Shown here in pieces: positions 34,629 to 44,485 of a stretch of 64,000 nucleotides of DNA. Source of the stretch: an uncultured Actinomycetota bacterium (GTDB lineage: Bacteria; Actinomycetota; Actinomycetes; Actinomycetales; Dermatophilaceae); contig CAVZBX010000006.1 of NCBI GenBank assembly GCA_963773655.1, positions 97,201 through 161,200 of the forward strand, given 5' to 3'. Under the pieces are notes generated by a model, which saw only the letters and a program-made list of their open reading frames with translations, did not search any database and had not been told where the DNA came from. Numbering within the stretch: the first letter of the stretch is position 1; every line of letters starts with the position of its first letter. A program made the translations under genes and the position numbers.

Positions 34629-35199
34629 CCTGGGTGCGGCGCGGGTCGGTGATCCGGTCGCGGGTTCCGTGCATGAGGAGCACGGGGGTGCCCGGCCGCG
34701 GCTGCCGGACGTCGTTCTCGACCCAGGGCGCGAGCGCGACGATCGCGGCCACGTCGGGGTCGGCGGCGAGGTGCAGCGCGACCCGTCCGCCCATCGAGTG
34801 ACCCACCAGGGCGATCGGCACACCCGGCAGCACCCGGCGGATGCGGTCGAGGGCCCAGCGGGCGTCGACGACGGGGTCGACGGCGGCGCCGTTCCACCCC
34901 CGCACCCGGTTCTTCAGCCGGAGCACGGCGAGGCGGTCGCCTCCGCGGCGCTCGACGGCCCGGGCGAACGGCAGCATCCGCAGCAGCGACACCCCCCACC
35001 ACGTCACCCGCGCCTTGCTGCGCTCGGAGCCACCGTGGAGGATGACGACGACCGCCTCCGGGTCGGGCGGCACCGAGCCGCGCAGCTCGGCGCCGCCGCC
35101 GTCGTCGCTGTCCAGGAGCACCCCCTCCCGGTCGGCGTCCCCCCACGCCACGGACGCACGGGTGACCGGCGGCGTGGCCAGGTACCTGTGCGTCGTCAC
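34474..35199 (-). CDS. Alpha/beta fold hydrolase.
   Basis: Nucleophile elbow VGHSMGG, a downstream Asp (HGTRDRITD) and His (GESHAM). Confidence 0.8.
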   Translation of the reverse strand: MTTHRYLATPPVTRASVAWGDADREGVLLDSDDGGGAELRGSVPPDPEAVVVILHGGSERSKARVTWWGVSLLRMLPFARAVERRGGDRLAVLRLKNRVRGWNGAAVDPVVDARWALDRIRRVLPGVPIALVGHSMGGRVALHLAADPDVAAIVALAPWVENDVRQPRPGTPVLLMHGTRDRITDPRRTQVIARWFAEAGVAVRHIRVEGESHAMLRHAREWHEMVAHFLVGNLLGRRRAS

Positions 35200-35573
35200 G
35201 GCGGGTCCTCGGTCGGGGTCGCGGGGCCGTCGCGAGGCTCACGGTGGACGGACTCCCTCAGCCAAGAGAAGTACCGGTCGTCGACATCCATCGCGGGGAC
35301 CGCGAGGACCTCGGGCGTGTCGTAGGGGTGTTCGGAGCGGACCCGGTCGGTGATCGCCCCGAACCGGGACGCCAGCGACTTCACGAGCAGGAGGTGCTCG
35401 TCATCGGTGGTGACCTCCCCGTGCCAGCGGTAGAACGACCGGATCCCCGGGATCACCTGGACGCAGGCCGCGAGGCGTTCGTCGACGAGGACGCGCGCCA
35501 ACCGCTCGGCGGTGGCGGCGTCGGGGGTCGTGAGGTGGACCTCGACAGCCGGGTCCTGCGCCTGGCCGGCCAC
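35196..35573 (-). CDS. cutA: Divalent-cation tolerance protein CutA.
   Basis: VEVHLTTPDAATAERLARVLVDERLAACVQVIPGIRSFYRWHGEVTTDDEHLLLVKS is the typical CutA1 core. GTG 35573 lies 5 nt downstream of the dcd stop. Confidence 0.8.
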   Translation of the reverse strand: MAGQAQDPAVEVHLTTPDAATAERLARVLVDERLAACVQVIPGIRSFYRWHGEVTTDDEHLLLVKSLASRFGAITDRVRSEHPYDTPEVLAVPAMDVDDRYFSWLRESVHREPRDGPATPTEDPP

Positions 35574-35578
35574 CGGTC

Positions 35579-36154
35579 TCAGACGTCCGCGCGGTGGAAG
35601 CTCTGGAAGCTGCGGCTCGCGGTGGGCCCGCGCTGCCCCTGGTAGTGGGACCCGTACTTGTCCGACCCGTACGGGTTCTCCGCCGAGGAGGACAGCCGGA
35701 AGAAGGCGAGCTGGCCGATCTTCATGCCCGGCCAGAGGATGATCGGCAGGGTCGCCACGTTGGACAGCTCGAGGGTGACGTGGCCGGTGAAACCGGGGTC
35801 GACGAACCCCGCCGTCGCGTGGGTGAGCAGGCCGAGGCGCCCCAGGCTCGACTTCCCCTCGACCCGGGCGGCGAGGTCGTCGGGCAGGCTCACGGTCTCC
35901 AGGGTCGACCCCAGCACGAACTCCCCCGGGTGGAGGACGAAGCCCTCCTTGGGGTCGACCTCGACCAGGCGGGTGAGGTCGGCCTGGTCCTGGGCCGGGT
36001 CGATCACCGGGTACTTGTGGTTGTCGAACAGCCGGAAGAACTTGTCGAGGCGGACGTCGATGCTGCTCGGCTGGATCATCGCGGGGTCCCACGGGTCGAG
36101 CCTGACCCGGCCGGCGTCGACCTCGCCTCGGATGTCGCGGTCGGAGAGGAGCAC
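35579..36154 (-). CDS. dcd: dCTP deaminase.
   Basis: MLLSDRDIR...[11 protein letters not shown]...GFVDPGF.G..TLELSN is the canonical Dcd sequence; 191 aa. Confidence 0.95.
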   Translation of the reverse strand: MLLSDRDIRGEVDAGRVRLDPWDPAMIQPSSIDVRLDKFFRLFDNHKYPVIDPAQDQADLTRLVEVDPKEGFVLHPGEFVLGSTLETVSLPDDLAARVEGKSSLGRLGLLTHATAGFVDPGFTGHVTLELSNVATLPIILWPGMKIGQLAFFRLSSSAENPYGSDKYGSHYQGQRGPTASRSFQSFHRADV

Positions 36155-36272
36155 CCCGTCAGGCTACCCGCGGGGTGGCCCGGCGCCGTGGAGGCGGCGG
36201 TGAGTGGGGCGGCGGGGTTGGGCTAGACTTCCCGGCGCCGAGGAGGACCTCATGCGAGCCTCGACCCGGCAC

Positions 36273-36343
36273 GCCGGTGTAGCTCAATGGTAGAGCGCCA
36301 GCTTCCCAAGCTGGACACGCGGGTTCGATTCCCGTCACCGGCT
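36273..36343 (+). tRNA. tRNA-Gly (anticodon CCC).
   Basis: Acceptor GCCGGTG/CACCGGC, D-arm TAGCTCAATGGTAGAGC, anticodon stem CCAGC/GCTGG with loop TTCCCAA, and T-arm GCGGG-TTCGATT-CCCGT. Confidence 0.9.
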
Positions 36344-37252
36344 CCCGTGCATGACCGCAGGTCAGGCCCTCCACGGCCAGCCAACCCTTTGATCCCACTT
36401 CGTTCAACACGAAGCCCAAGATCGCCGGCAGAGATGTCGCCCTATGGCGGCGCGAGGACGCACGTCGACCCGCGGAGGAAACGCGGCGTCACAGTGACGA
36501 CGCGGAAGTTCGATGAGGACGCTGCAATTGCCGCGACCTGGCCGGACATCCGTGACATCACGGTGATGACGCGGATGCTCGGGGCGACGTAGCCCCATCT
36601 GGGCGGAGTGACGCGACCAATCTGTCGCACATCACCCGGCGGAGAACACCGTCGGCATGCGCGCACCGTGAGGACCTTCTCTACTGACTCAAGGCGCGCC
36701 TCCGGCGCGCGGGCCTGCGGCCCGCCGCCCAGGACCCCTGCTGTGGACCTGGTTCGAGGTCGCCGCGGTCGGGGCCTCGCGCTCGGCTCGCGTTTGGTGG
36801 ATGAGTGCGGCGCATGCTCGCGTGCCCGGTCCGGCGCCTCAGCTCGCGCGTGCTCGCCGGTGACGTCGAACCAGGCCGGAGCCGGTGTCCCGGAGGCAGA
36901 TGACGACTGATGGGTCACAGCTCCTGCGTTCCTGGGCGCGCTGGTGGGGGCCCGGGATAGCGTGCCTACCGTTTCGTGGAAGACAGCTCGAGGGGGACGC
37001 ACGTGGACCTGCCCGCCGGCTGCTGTCCGACTCCCGCCGCGACGGTGCGCCAGCGGTACCCCTCCGGGCCGAGCGCATCGCCCCGACGACGTGCCGTGGG
37101 CACCACGCCAACCGCCACCGCCCACGCTCCACGGCAGACACCACCCCCCACCAGCGGGCACGTGCGGGGGAATCCCGACGAGCCCGGATGCGGCATCCGG
37201 CTCGCCCCCGACCACGAGGTGCGAGCGACCCTACAGAGAAGATGGAACATCC

Positions 37253-37969
37253 ATGAACAAGCGACTCGCAGCCATCATGGCCGCCTCGGCCCTCACGCTC
37301 GGTGGCGCTGTCGTCACCGCCCAGCCCGCAGCCGCGGAAGGGGCCTGCACCATCACCGACTACAGCCCTCGCACGGTCAAGCTCGGCATCAGCCCCAAGA
37401 GCGTGACGTTCGACGTCCACACGGCGGGGTGCATCACGACGGGCTGGGGTGTCGACATCGACGGCACACCGCCGAGCGGGTACACCTGGCTCGTCTTTGC
37501 CTACGAAAGCCACCCCTCCGAGGTCCTCAACCCCTCCTGGGACCTGCAGAACCGCGACGCGGGCTACGCCTTCGACGTGGTGACCGAGGCCGATGACGAG
37601 AGCTGGAGCACGACCACCAGGGTCTTCCGCGACTCGTTCCGAGTGAAGCGGAACACCTACATCTCGGGCTTCAACGCCAGCCCCGAGCCGGTCCAGAAGT
37701 ATGGATGGGTCAGGCTCCGCGGCAAGCTCAACGTCGCCGACTGGGACAACGGGCGGTACGTCGCAGCGAAGTACCGCTGGGTCAACATCCAGTTCAAGCC
37801 CGCGGGCACCAACACGTGGATCACTCGCAAGATGGTCAAGACCAACGGCTACGGCTGGGTCGACACCCATGCCCAGGCGTACACGTCGGGTACCTGGCGG
37901 CTCAACTACGGCGGCAACGCCCAGTTCGGGAACAAGGTGGGCCCTGGCGACTACGTGGCCGTGCGCTGA
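37253..37969 (+). CDS. Secreted hypothetical protein.
   Basis: Sec signal peptide MNKRLAAIMAASALTLGGAVVTAQPAAAEG. The mature part is beta-rich with Trp/Tyr/Asn. GC is visibly lower than in the neighbouring genes. No family recognised. Confidence 0.6.
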   Translation: MNKRLAAIMAASALTLGGAVVTAQPAAAEGACTITDYSPRTVKLGISPKSVTFDVHTAGCITTGWGVDIDGTPPSGYTWLVFAYESHPSEVLNPSWDLQNRDAGYAFDVVTEADDESWSTTTRVFRDSFRVKRNTYISGFNASPEPVQKYGWVRLRGKLNVADWDNGRYVAAKYRWVNIQFKPAGTNTWITRKMVKTNGYGWVDTHAQAYTSGTWRLNYGGNAQFGNKVGPGDYVAVR

Positions 37970-38231
37970 CGACGCGGGCGGCCGCCCCCGACCCGAGTTC
38001 TGCGGCCGAGGCCCTGTGGGAACGGCCAACTGGCGTGTCCGCCGGACAGCGCAGGCCGGCGGGAGCTAGCCTCCCTGAGACCGCGACGGGTGCCGGAGCA
38101 CCCCCCAGAACCGCCGGGACCCGGCGGAGCCAGTGCCACCGCACCCAGGACCGCCTCATGTCCAGAGACCGCCGCCACACCCGCCACCGTGCCAGCAGGC
38201 CGGGGACCGAGCTCCCGAGCGGAGGACGACG

Positions 38232-41039
38232 ATGAAGCTCCGCGCGGCGCTCTCCCTCGTCGTCGCCGGCGCCGTGCTCGCCCTCGCCGCCCCGGTGGGT
38301 CCGGCCTCGGCGAGTGCGCCGGCGACGTCGACACCGGCCGCCGACTGGGACGGTGACGGCCACGCCGACATCGTCGCCCCGACGAGCGACGGGCAGTTGT
38401 GGTTCTACGAGGGTGACGGCGCTTCCGGCTTCGCGGGAGGGCGGGTGCGGCTCGGCGTCGGCTGGAACGCACGGGACCACATCAGAATGGTCGGAGACTG
38501 GGACGGCGTGGCCGGCACCGACATCATCGCCCGCGACCCCGGGACCGGCGCCCTGTGGCTCTACTCCGGCGACGGCCAGGGCGGGTTCCGCACCTACCAC
38601 CCGATCGGCGCCGGGTGGCAGATCTTCAGCCAGATCCTCTCCCCGGGCGACTGGGACGGCGACGGCGCCGTCGACCTCCTCGCGGTCGTCGCCGGCGACG
38701 GCGAGCTGCGGCTGTACCCCGGTGACGGAAGCGGCGGCTTCCGTTCGATGCGGGTGATCGGAACGGACTGGGGACGCTACGACGCCCTGATGGCGACAGA
38801 CGACTTCGACGGCGACGGCCTGCCCGACTTCCTCGCCCGCGACTCCGCATCCGGTGACCTCCTGCTCCACCGCGGCGACGGCGACGGCGGCTTCCTGCGT
38901 TCGACGCGGGTGGGTTCGGGGTGGCAGATCTTCACCGGCCTCCTCGGTGGCGGCGACTGGTCCGGCGACGGGCACGGCGACGTGCTCGCCCGCAAGCCGG
39001 ACGGTTCGCTGGTGCTCTACAAGGGCGACGGTGCGGGCGGCTGGATCTCGCCGTTCCCCGCGGTCAGCACGGGGTGGAACGCCGTGGCCTTCCCCGGGGG
39101 GCCGGACCCGATCACCCCCCCGGCCGACTGGAGCGGCGACGGGCTGGCTGATGTCGTCTCGCCGACCCGGGACGGACGGCTGTGGCTGTACCGCGGCGAC
39201 GGCAACTCCGGCTTCACCGGTTCCAGGACCCAGATCGGCAGCGGCTGGGACGACCGCGACCACATCCGGCTCGTCGGTGACTGGGACGGACGGACCGGCA
39301 CCGACATCATCGCCCGCGACCCACGCAACGGTGACCTCTGGCTGTACTCGGGCGATGCACGCGGTGGCTTCCGCACCTACTACCGCATCGGTCGCGGGTG
39401 GAACATCTTCAGCCAGATCTTCTCTCCGGGCGACTGGGACGGTGACGGCACCCCCGACCTGCTGGCGACCGTCATCAGCGACGGCAGCCTCCGCCTCTAC
39501 CCGGGGGACGGCAGCGGCGGCTTCCTGCCCATGCGGGTCATCGGCGCCGGCTGGCAGGCGATCGACGGCGTGAGCGCGTCCTACGACTTCGACGGCGACG
39601 GCCGACCGGACTTCCTCGCCCGCGACACGGTCACCGGCGACCTCAGGCTGTACCGCGGGGACGCCGCCGGCGGCTTCCTGCGCACGGTGCGCGTGGGCAC
39701 GGGGTGGCAGACGTTCACCGGCCTCCTCGGGGTCGGTGACTGGTCCGGCGACGGCTGCAGCGACGTCCTGGCCCGAAAGCCGGACGGCGCACTGCTGCTC
39801 TACCGCGGCGACTGCACGGGTCAGTGGTCGTCTCCCTTCCCGGCGATCGGGGCCGGATGGGACGTGATGGGCCTTCCGGGGGGAACGCCCACCTCCGCGG
39901 ATCTTCGCCTCGCGAGCAGACTCTCGGCGCGGGCCACCACCAGTCGATTCGGCACCTCGTTCTCCGGCGTCGTCATCGACGCCGCGTCCAACCAGGTGCT
40001 CTGGTCGCGCAACGGGAGCACGCTGCGCCGTCCGGCCTCGAACGTCAAGCTCGTCACCGCCGCCAACGCCCTGACGACCTTCGGCGCATCATCCCGGTCC
40101 ACCACCAGCGTCCGGCAGGGCACGTGGCCGAAGCAGGTCGTCCTCGTCGGGTCCGGAGACCCGAGCCTGTCCAGCGCGAACATCGACGAGCTGGCCGCGG
40201 CGACCGCCGCCGACCTCGAGGCTCGGGGCATCTCGACCGGCGTGCGCACCTACGTCGACGACGACGTCTTCCCCCGCACCTTCACCCCGGCCACGGGCTG
40301 GCTGTCGAGCTACGTGCCCGACGACTTCACGCCGCTGCGCGGACTCGTCCGTGACCAGCGGGACGTCTCCGACACCGCGGCCGATGCGGGGAGGTACTTC
40401 CGGGACCGCCTGCGGGCCCGGGGCATCCAGGTCGACTACGCCGGCTACCAGGACTCACCCCCCTCACAACGGACCATCGCAGGTGCCACGGGCCGCACGA
40501 CCGGTGACACGGTGAGTCGGATGCTGCTCAACAGCGACAACGAGATCGCCGAGTCGCTGCACCGCCTCGTCGCGATCGAGCAGGGTCGCGGCAACACCTG
40601 GGACGCAGCGCGCGCCGCCCAGTCCGCGGCCATCCGGTCACAGCGGCTGTCCACCGGGGACCTCTACGACGGCTCCGGGCTCTCACGGTCGGACCGCTTG
40701 AGCGCGCTGCAGCTCGCCCGGATCATGGACCGCGGCCTCGACACCCGCTACACCGAGCTGTGGCCGATGCGTTCGGCGCAGGGCATGCCCACCGCGGGCC
40801 GCACCGGGACGCTCCGTGCCGAATGGGGACGGTTCACCACAGCCCAGTCCAAGTGCGCCGTGGGGAAGGTGTGGGCGAAGACCGGGAGCCTCGCCGACGT
40901 CGTCGCCCTCACCGGCTTCACCAAGGCGACCGACGGACGGGTCAAGGCGTTCTCCTTCCTCGTGAACGGCAAGGCGTCGACCCTGTCCCTGCAACAGGAC
41001 GTCGACATGCTGGCGGCCACCGTGAACGGCTGTTACTGA
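38232..41039 (+). CDS. Secreted fusion protein: 10 FG-GAP/VCBS-type repeats (2 x 5) plus a D-alanyl-D-alanine carboxypeptidase/endopeptidase (PBP4, peptidase S13) domain.
   Basis: GGAGGA lies 5 nt upstream of ATG 38232, and the signal peptide is MKLRAALSLVVAGAVLALAAPVGPASASA. There are ten D[WF][DS]GDG-type repeats. The C-terminal domain carries SxxK (ASNVK), SxN (NSDNE) and KTG (AKTGS). Confidence 0.85.
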   Translation: MKLRAALSLVVAGAVLALAAPVGPASASAPATSTPAADWDGDGHADIVAPTSDGQLWFYEGDGASGFAGGRVRLGVGWNARDHIRMVGDWDGVAGTDIIARDPGTGALWLYSGDGQGGFRTYHPIGAGWQIFSQILSPGDWDGDGAVDLLAVVAGDGELRLYPGDGSGGFRSMRVIGTDWGRYDALMATDDFDGDGLPDFLARDSASGDLLLHRGDGDGGFLRSTRVGSGWQIFTGLLGGGDWSGDGHGDVLARKPDGSLVLYKGDGAGGWISPFPAVSTGWNAVAFPGGPDPITPPADWSGDGLADVVSPTRDGRLWLYRGDGNSGFTGSRTQIGSGWDDRDHIRLVGDWDGRTGTDIIARDPRNGDLWLYSGDARGGFRTYYRIGRGWNIFSQIFSPGDWDGDGTPDLLATVISDGSLRLYPGDGSGGFLPMRVIGAGWQAIDGVSASYDFDGDGRPDFLARDTVTGDLRLYRGDAAGGFLRTVRVGTGWQTFTGLLGVGDWSGDGCSDVLARKPDGALLLYRGDCTGQWSSPFPAIGAGWDVMGLPGGTPTSADLRLASRLSARATTSRFGTSFSGVVIDAASNQVLWSRNGSTLRRPASNVKLVTAANALTTFGASSRSTTSVRQGTWPKQVVLVGSGDPSLSSANIDELAAATAADLEARGISTGVRTYVDDDVFPRTFTPATGWLSSYVPDDFTPLRGLVRDQRDVSDTAADAGRYFRDRLRARGIQVDYAGYQDSPPSQRTIAGATGRTTGDTVSRMLLNSDNEIAESLHRLVAIEQGRGNTWDAARAAQSAAIRSQRLSTGDLYDGSGLSRSDRLSALQLARIMDRGLDTRYTELWPMRSAQGMPTAGRTGTLRAEWGRFTTAQSKCAVGKVWAKTGSLADVVALTGFTKATDGRVKAFSFLVNGKASTLSLQQDVDMLAATVNGCY

Positions 41040-41058
41040 CCCCCGGCCATACGCGGGC

Positions 41059-41652
41059 TCAGTCGCCGGGGACGACCCAGCCGAGCACCGTCACCGCGCC
41101 GATCACGGCGAGGACGACGAACGCGGCGGCGAGGATCCACGCGATGACCTGGGCGGCGTCCGTTCCGCCCTCGTCGACGGCGGGCGCGGTCCCCGCCTGC
41201 GTGGCCGCCGGCTCGGCCGCGAGTGCCTTCTCGCGCAGGGCCTCCACCCGCCGGGCGCGGGGCTCCTCGCGCACCGACGCCGGGAGCGAGGCCCACATCA
41301 GGGCGAAGTCGTCGTTCGCCTGCTGGCGCCACGCGGCCACGGCGCGGTCGACCCTCGGCCCCTTGACCCCCGCCGCGAACCACACCGCTCCGGCTCGGGG
41401 CAGGTCGCCCATGTCGTGGAGCACCTCCCCGAGCAGCCGCAGCGCCTCGGTGTCGTTCTCCTCCTCGACGTGCGCCACGAGGATGTCGCGCGCACGCCAG
41501 GCGGCGCCGCCGTCGAGGGCGTCGCGGGCCCGGTCCACCGGACCGACCTCACCGCTGCCGACAGCCACGCCACCGAGTATGCCGCCTGCCTCCCCGTACC
41601 GCCGTCGAGCGCCGCGGGGCGGCTCCGGTGCGAGTGACGTTCGGCACGCCAC
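41059..41652 (-). CDS. Hypothetical protein with a C-terminal TM anchor.
   Basis: Helical N-domain ([42 protein letters not shown]) and C-terminal helix [26 protein letters not shown]. The start is uncertain; GTG codons near 41562-41568 are possible. Confidence 0.55.
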   Translation of the reverse strand: MACRTSLAPEPPRGARRRYGEAGGILGGVAVGSGEVGPVDRARDALDGGAAWRARDILVAHVEEENDTEALRLLGEVLHDMGDLPRAGAVWFAAGVKGPRVDRAVAAWRQQANDDFALMWASLPASVREEPRARRVEALREKALAAEPAATQAGTAPAVDEGGTDAAQVIAWILAAAFVVLAVIGAVTVLGWVVPGD

Positions 41653-41742
41653 CGGGGAAGCACGGAGCCCTTGCTTTTGTTACCGACGGGTAGCAGACTG
41701 GTAAGCAAGCGCTCACCTACCCCGCCGTCGAAAGGGACGACC

Positions 41743-43614
41743 ATGGGTCACTACAAGAGCAACCTGCGCGACATCGAGTTCAACCTCTTCGAGGTGCTCG
41801 GCCGCGGTGACGTGCTGGGCTCCGGGCCGTACGCGGAGCTGGACGCCGACACCGCGCGGGAGATGCTCAAGGAGGTCGCCCGGCTGGCGGAGAACGAGCT
41901 CGCGGAGTCGTTCGCCGACGCGGACCGCAACCCGCCGGTGTACGACCCGGCCACCCAGTCCGTCACGATGCCCGAGTCGTTCCGCCGGTCCTTCGAGGCC
42001 TACCGCGACAGCGGCTTCTGGAACATCGACCTCCAGGCGGAGCTCGACGGCACCGTCACCCCCCCGAGCATGCGCTGGGCCGTCAACGAGATGCTTCTCG
42101 GCTCCAACCCGGCCGTCGCCATGTTCGCCGCGTCCTACGGGTTCGCCAAGCTGCTGTACGAGCTCGGCACCGAGGACCAGAAGAAGCTGGCCCGCTGGAT
42201 CGTGGAGAAGGGCTGGCACTGCACGATGGTGCTCACCGAGCCCGATGCCGGGTCCGACGTCGGCGCCGGCCGCACCAAGGCGGTCCAGAACGAGGACGGC
42301 ACCTGGGCCCTCACCGGCGTCAAGCGCTTCATCACCAGCGGCGAGTCCGACATGGTCGACAACGTCGTGCACTTCGTCCTCGCCCGCCCCGAGGGTGCCG
42401 GCCCCGGCACCAAGGGCCTGTCCCTCTTCGTCCTCCCGAAGTACCACGTCGACCTCGAGACCGGCGAGCTCGGCGAGCGCAACGGCGTCTACGTCACCAA
42501 CCTCGAGAAGAAGATGGGCCTGAAGGTCTCCACGACCTGCGAGCTCACCTTCGGCGGCGAGGAGCAGGCCGTCGGCTCGCTGCTCGGCGGCACCCACGAC
42601 GGCATCGCCCAGATGTTCCACGTCATCGAGAACGCCCGGATGATGGTGGGCACCAAGGCCATCGCCACCCTGTCCACCGGCTACCTCAACGCGCTCGAGT
42701 ACGCCAAGGAGCGGGTCCAGGGTGCCGACCTCACCCAGATGGTCGACAAGACCGCGCCGCGGGTCACGATCACCCACCACCCCGACGTGCGCCGCTCCCT
42801 GATGCTGCAGAAGTCCTACGCGGAGGGCCTGCGCGCCCTCGTGCTGTACACCGCGACCCAGCAGGACGTCGTCGACCAGCACGTGCTCACCACCGGTGAC
42901 CACTCCTTCGAGCAGGGCTCCGCGGCCGACATCGCCAACCGGGTCAACGACCTGCTCCTGCCCATCGTCAAGGGCCTGGGCTCGGAGCGGGCGTGGGTGC
43001 TGCTCGGCACCGAGTCGCTGCAGACCTACGGCGGCTCCGGGTTCCTCCAGGACTACCCGGTGGAGCAGTACGTCCGTGACGCCAAGATCGACACCCTCTA
43101 CGAGGGCACGACGGCCATCCAGGGCCTGGACTTCTTCTTCCGCAAGATCGTCCGCGACAAGGGTCAGGCGCTGACCTACCTCGCCAGCCAGATGCAGGAG
43201 TTCGCCAAGGACCTCGGCCAGCACGACGGCCGGATCGACCGCGAGCGCGAGCTGCTCGGGCAGGGCGTCGAGGACGTCCAGGGCATCCTCGGCTTCATGG
43301 TCGGCGAGCTGATGAAGTCCGACCCGCGCCAGGGCGGCGACCTCGAGAACCTCTACAAGGTCGGCCAGAACACCACCCGGCTGCTGCTCGGCGCCGGCGA
43401 CCTCGTCGTCGGGTGGCTGCTGCTCCGCCAGGCGGCAGTGGCCCTCGACAAGCTCGCGGCCGGGGCCGAGGGCAAGGACAAGGACTTCTACGAGGGGAAG
43501 GTCGCGGCGGCCCAGTTCTACGCCCGGCAGGTGCTGCCCCGGCTGTCCGCCGAGCGTGCCGTGGCCGAGGTCACCGACAACGCGCTGATGGAGGTACCCG
43601 AGTCGGCGTTCTGA
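41743..43614 (+). CDS. Long-type acyl-CoA dehydrogenase (FadE5-like, about 620 aa).
   Basis: [20 protein letters not shown]...[16 protein letters not shown]...KRFITSGE...[25 protein letters not shown] lies upstream of ATG 41743. Confidence 0.9.
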   Translation: MGHYKSNLRDIEFNLFEVLGRGDVLGSGPYAELDADTAREMLKEVARLAENELAESFADADRNPPVYDPATQSVTMPESFRRSFEAYRDSGFWNIDLQAELDGTVTPPSMRWAVNEMLLGSNPAVAMFAASYGFAKLLYELGTEDQKKLARWIVEKGWHCTMVLTEPDAGSDVGAGRTKAVQNEDGTWALTGVKRFITSGESDMVDNVVHFVLARPEGAGPGTKGLSLFVLPKYHVDLETGELGERNGVYVTNLEKKMGLKVSTTCELTFGGEEQAVGSLLGGTHDGIAQMFHVIENARMMVGTKAIATLSTGYLNALEYAKERVQGADLTQMVDKTAPRVTITHHPDVRRSLMLQKSYAEGLRALVLYTATQQDVVDQHVLTTGDHSFEQGSAADIANRVNDLLLPIVKGLGSERAWVLLGTESLQTYGGSGFLQDYPVEQYVRDAKIDTLYEGTTAIQGLDFFFRKIVRDKGQALTYLASQMQEFAKDLGQHDGRIDRERELLGQGVEDVQGILGFMVGELMKSDPRQGGDLENLYKVGQNTTRLLLGAGDLVVGWLLLRQAAVALDKLAAGAEGKDKDFYEGKVAAAQFYARQVLPRLSAERAVAEVTDNALMEVPESAF

Positions 43615-43660
43615 GACTCCGGGTCAGGGCACTGCTCCGGCGTGCCCGACCCGTGACCCG

Positions 43661-43693
43661 CGAGGGCCCGCCCCACCACGGGGCGGGCCCTCG
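43661..43693 (+). terminator. 14-bp perfect hairpin downstream of the acyl-CoA dehydrogenase gene.
   Basis: CGAGGGCCCGCCCC-accac-GGGGCGGGCCCTCG. Confidence 0.5.
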
Positions 43694-43795
43694 TGCATGG
43701 CAGCGCCCGCCGTGGCCACCGGACATCGGCCCGGGGGGCGGGTCGCGCCCCAGGGAGCGCACCGCCCGGCGACACCGGTGTGACGTCCCGACGAC

Positions 43796-43830
43796 GAAGG
43801 GCCCGTCCGCGCCCTGCGGACGGGCCCTTC
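43796..43830 (-). terminator. 15-bp perfect hairpin downstream of the small membrane protein gene.
   Basis: GAAGGGCCCGTCCGC-gccct-GCGGACGGGCCCTTC. Confidence 0.5.
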
Positions 43831-43846
43831 CTCGGACGGGGGTCGG

Positions 43847-44110
43847 TCAGGGGTTGGGGTCGACGTCGGTGCGGTCGACGCGCGACCCGGTGTTGGGGTC
43901 GACGTGACTCTCGCGGGTGGCCGTGTAGCCGTTGTCACGGCGGCCGCGGCGGCTGGCCTGGACGACGAAGGACAGGATGATCGCGAGCACGCCGCACACC
44001 ATGAGGATCAGGCCCATCGTCGGGATGTCGATACCGGCGAAGGAGGCCTCGACGGCGAAGTAGAGGATCGCGCCGAGTGCGAGCAGGAAGATGCCGAGTC
44101 CGATGTACAT
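43847..44110 (-). CDS. Small two-TM membrane protein (DUF6458-like).
   Basis: MYIGLGIFLLALGAILYFAV...MGLILMVCGVLAIILSFVV followed by a charged tail. Confidence 0.6.
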   Translation of the reverse strand: MYIGLGIFLLALGAILYFAVEASFAGIDIPTMGLILMVCGVLAIILSFVVQASRRGRRDNGYTATRESHVDPNTGSRVDRTDVDPNP

Positions 44111-44205
44111 GGAGGTCTCCTTGGGAGGGGCCGGGGTCGGATGGCCGCTGCGAGCCTAGCGGCGGCACCCCGTGACCTGCGGAACTCGCACACCCCGGCC
44201 GCGGC

Positions 44206-44388
44206 TCAGATCCGACCCAGGCCTCCGGCCTCGCGGGGCTGCTCCGCCGGTGCCCCGAAGACCTCGCCGGCCTCGTCGAGGTCGGTGCGTTCACCCCGGC
44301 TGGCGAGCAGCGCGACGACCCCCACGACGACGACGAGCACGACGGCCGCCACGGCGACCCCGAGGACGATGGCGAGCATTCCCGACAT
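44206..44388 (-). CDS. Possible small single-pass membrane protein (60 aa).
   Basis: MSGMLAIVLGVAVAAVVLVVVVGVVALLASRGERTDLDEAGEVF... with GGGAGTGG upstream. Support is only ORF, TM helix and position. Confidence 0.4.
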   Translation of the reverse strand: MSGMLAIVLGVAVAAVVLVVVVGVVALLASRGERTDLDEAGEVFGAPAEQPREAGGLGRI

Positions 44389-44485
44389 GACCACTCCCTG
44401 GGTCCTCCCCCGGTCCCTGTCCGGGGTGTCATCCCATCTTCGACCCACGGGGGTGATCACGCCACCGGGAGGTGCGCGGCGATTG

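Noticed and set aside
36442-37215. 257-aa minus-strand ORF (and overlapping plus-strand ORFs) in the gap after tRNA-Gly, considered as a possible integrase remnant.
   Set aside because: The translation is Arg/Pro/Gly/Ser-rich with no tyrosine-recombinase motifs (no R..H..R..Y pattern recognisable). All six frames are similarly poor, so the region is left as non-coding or degenerate.
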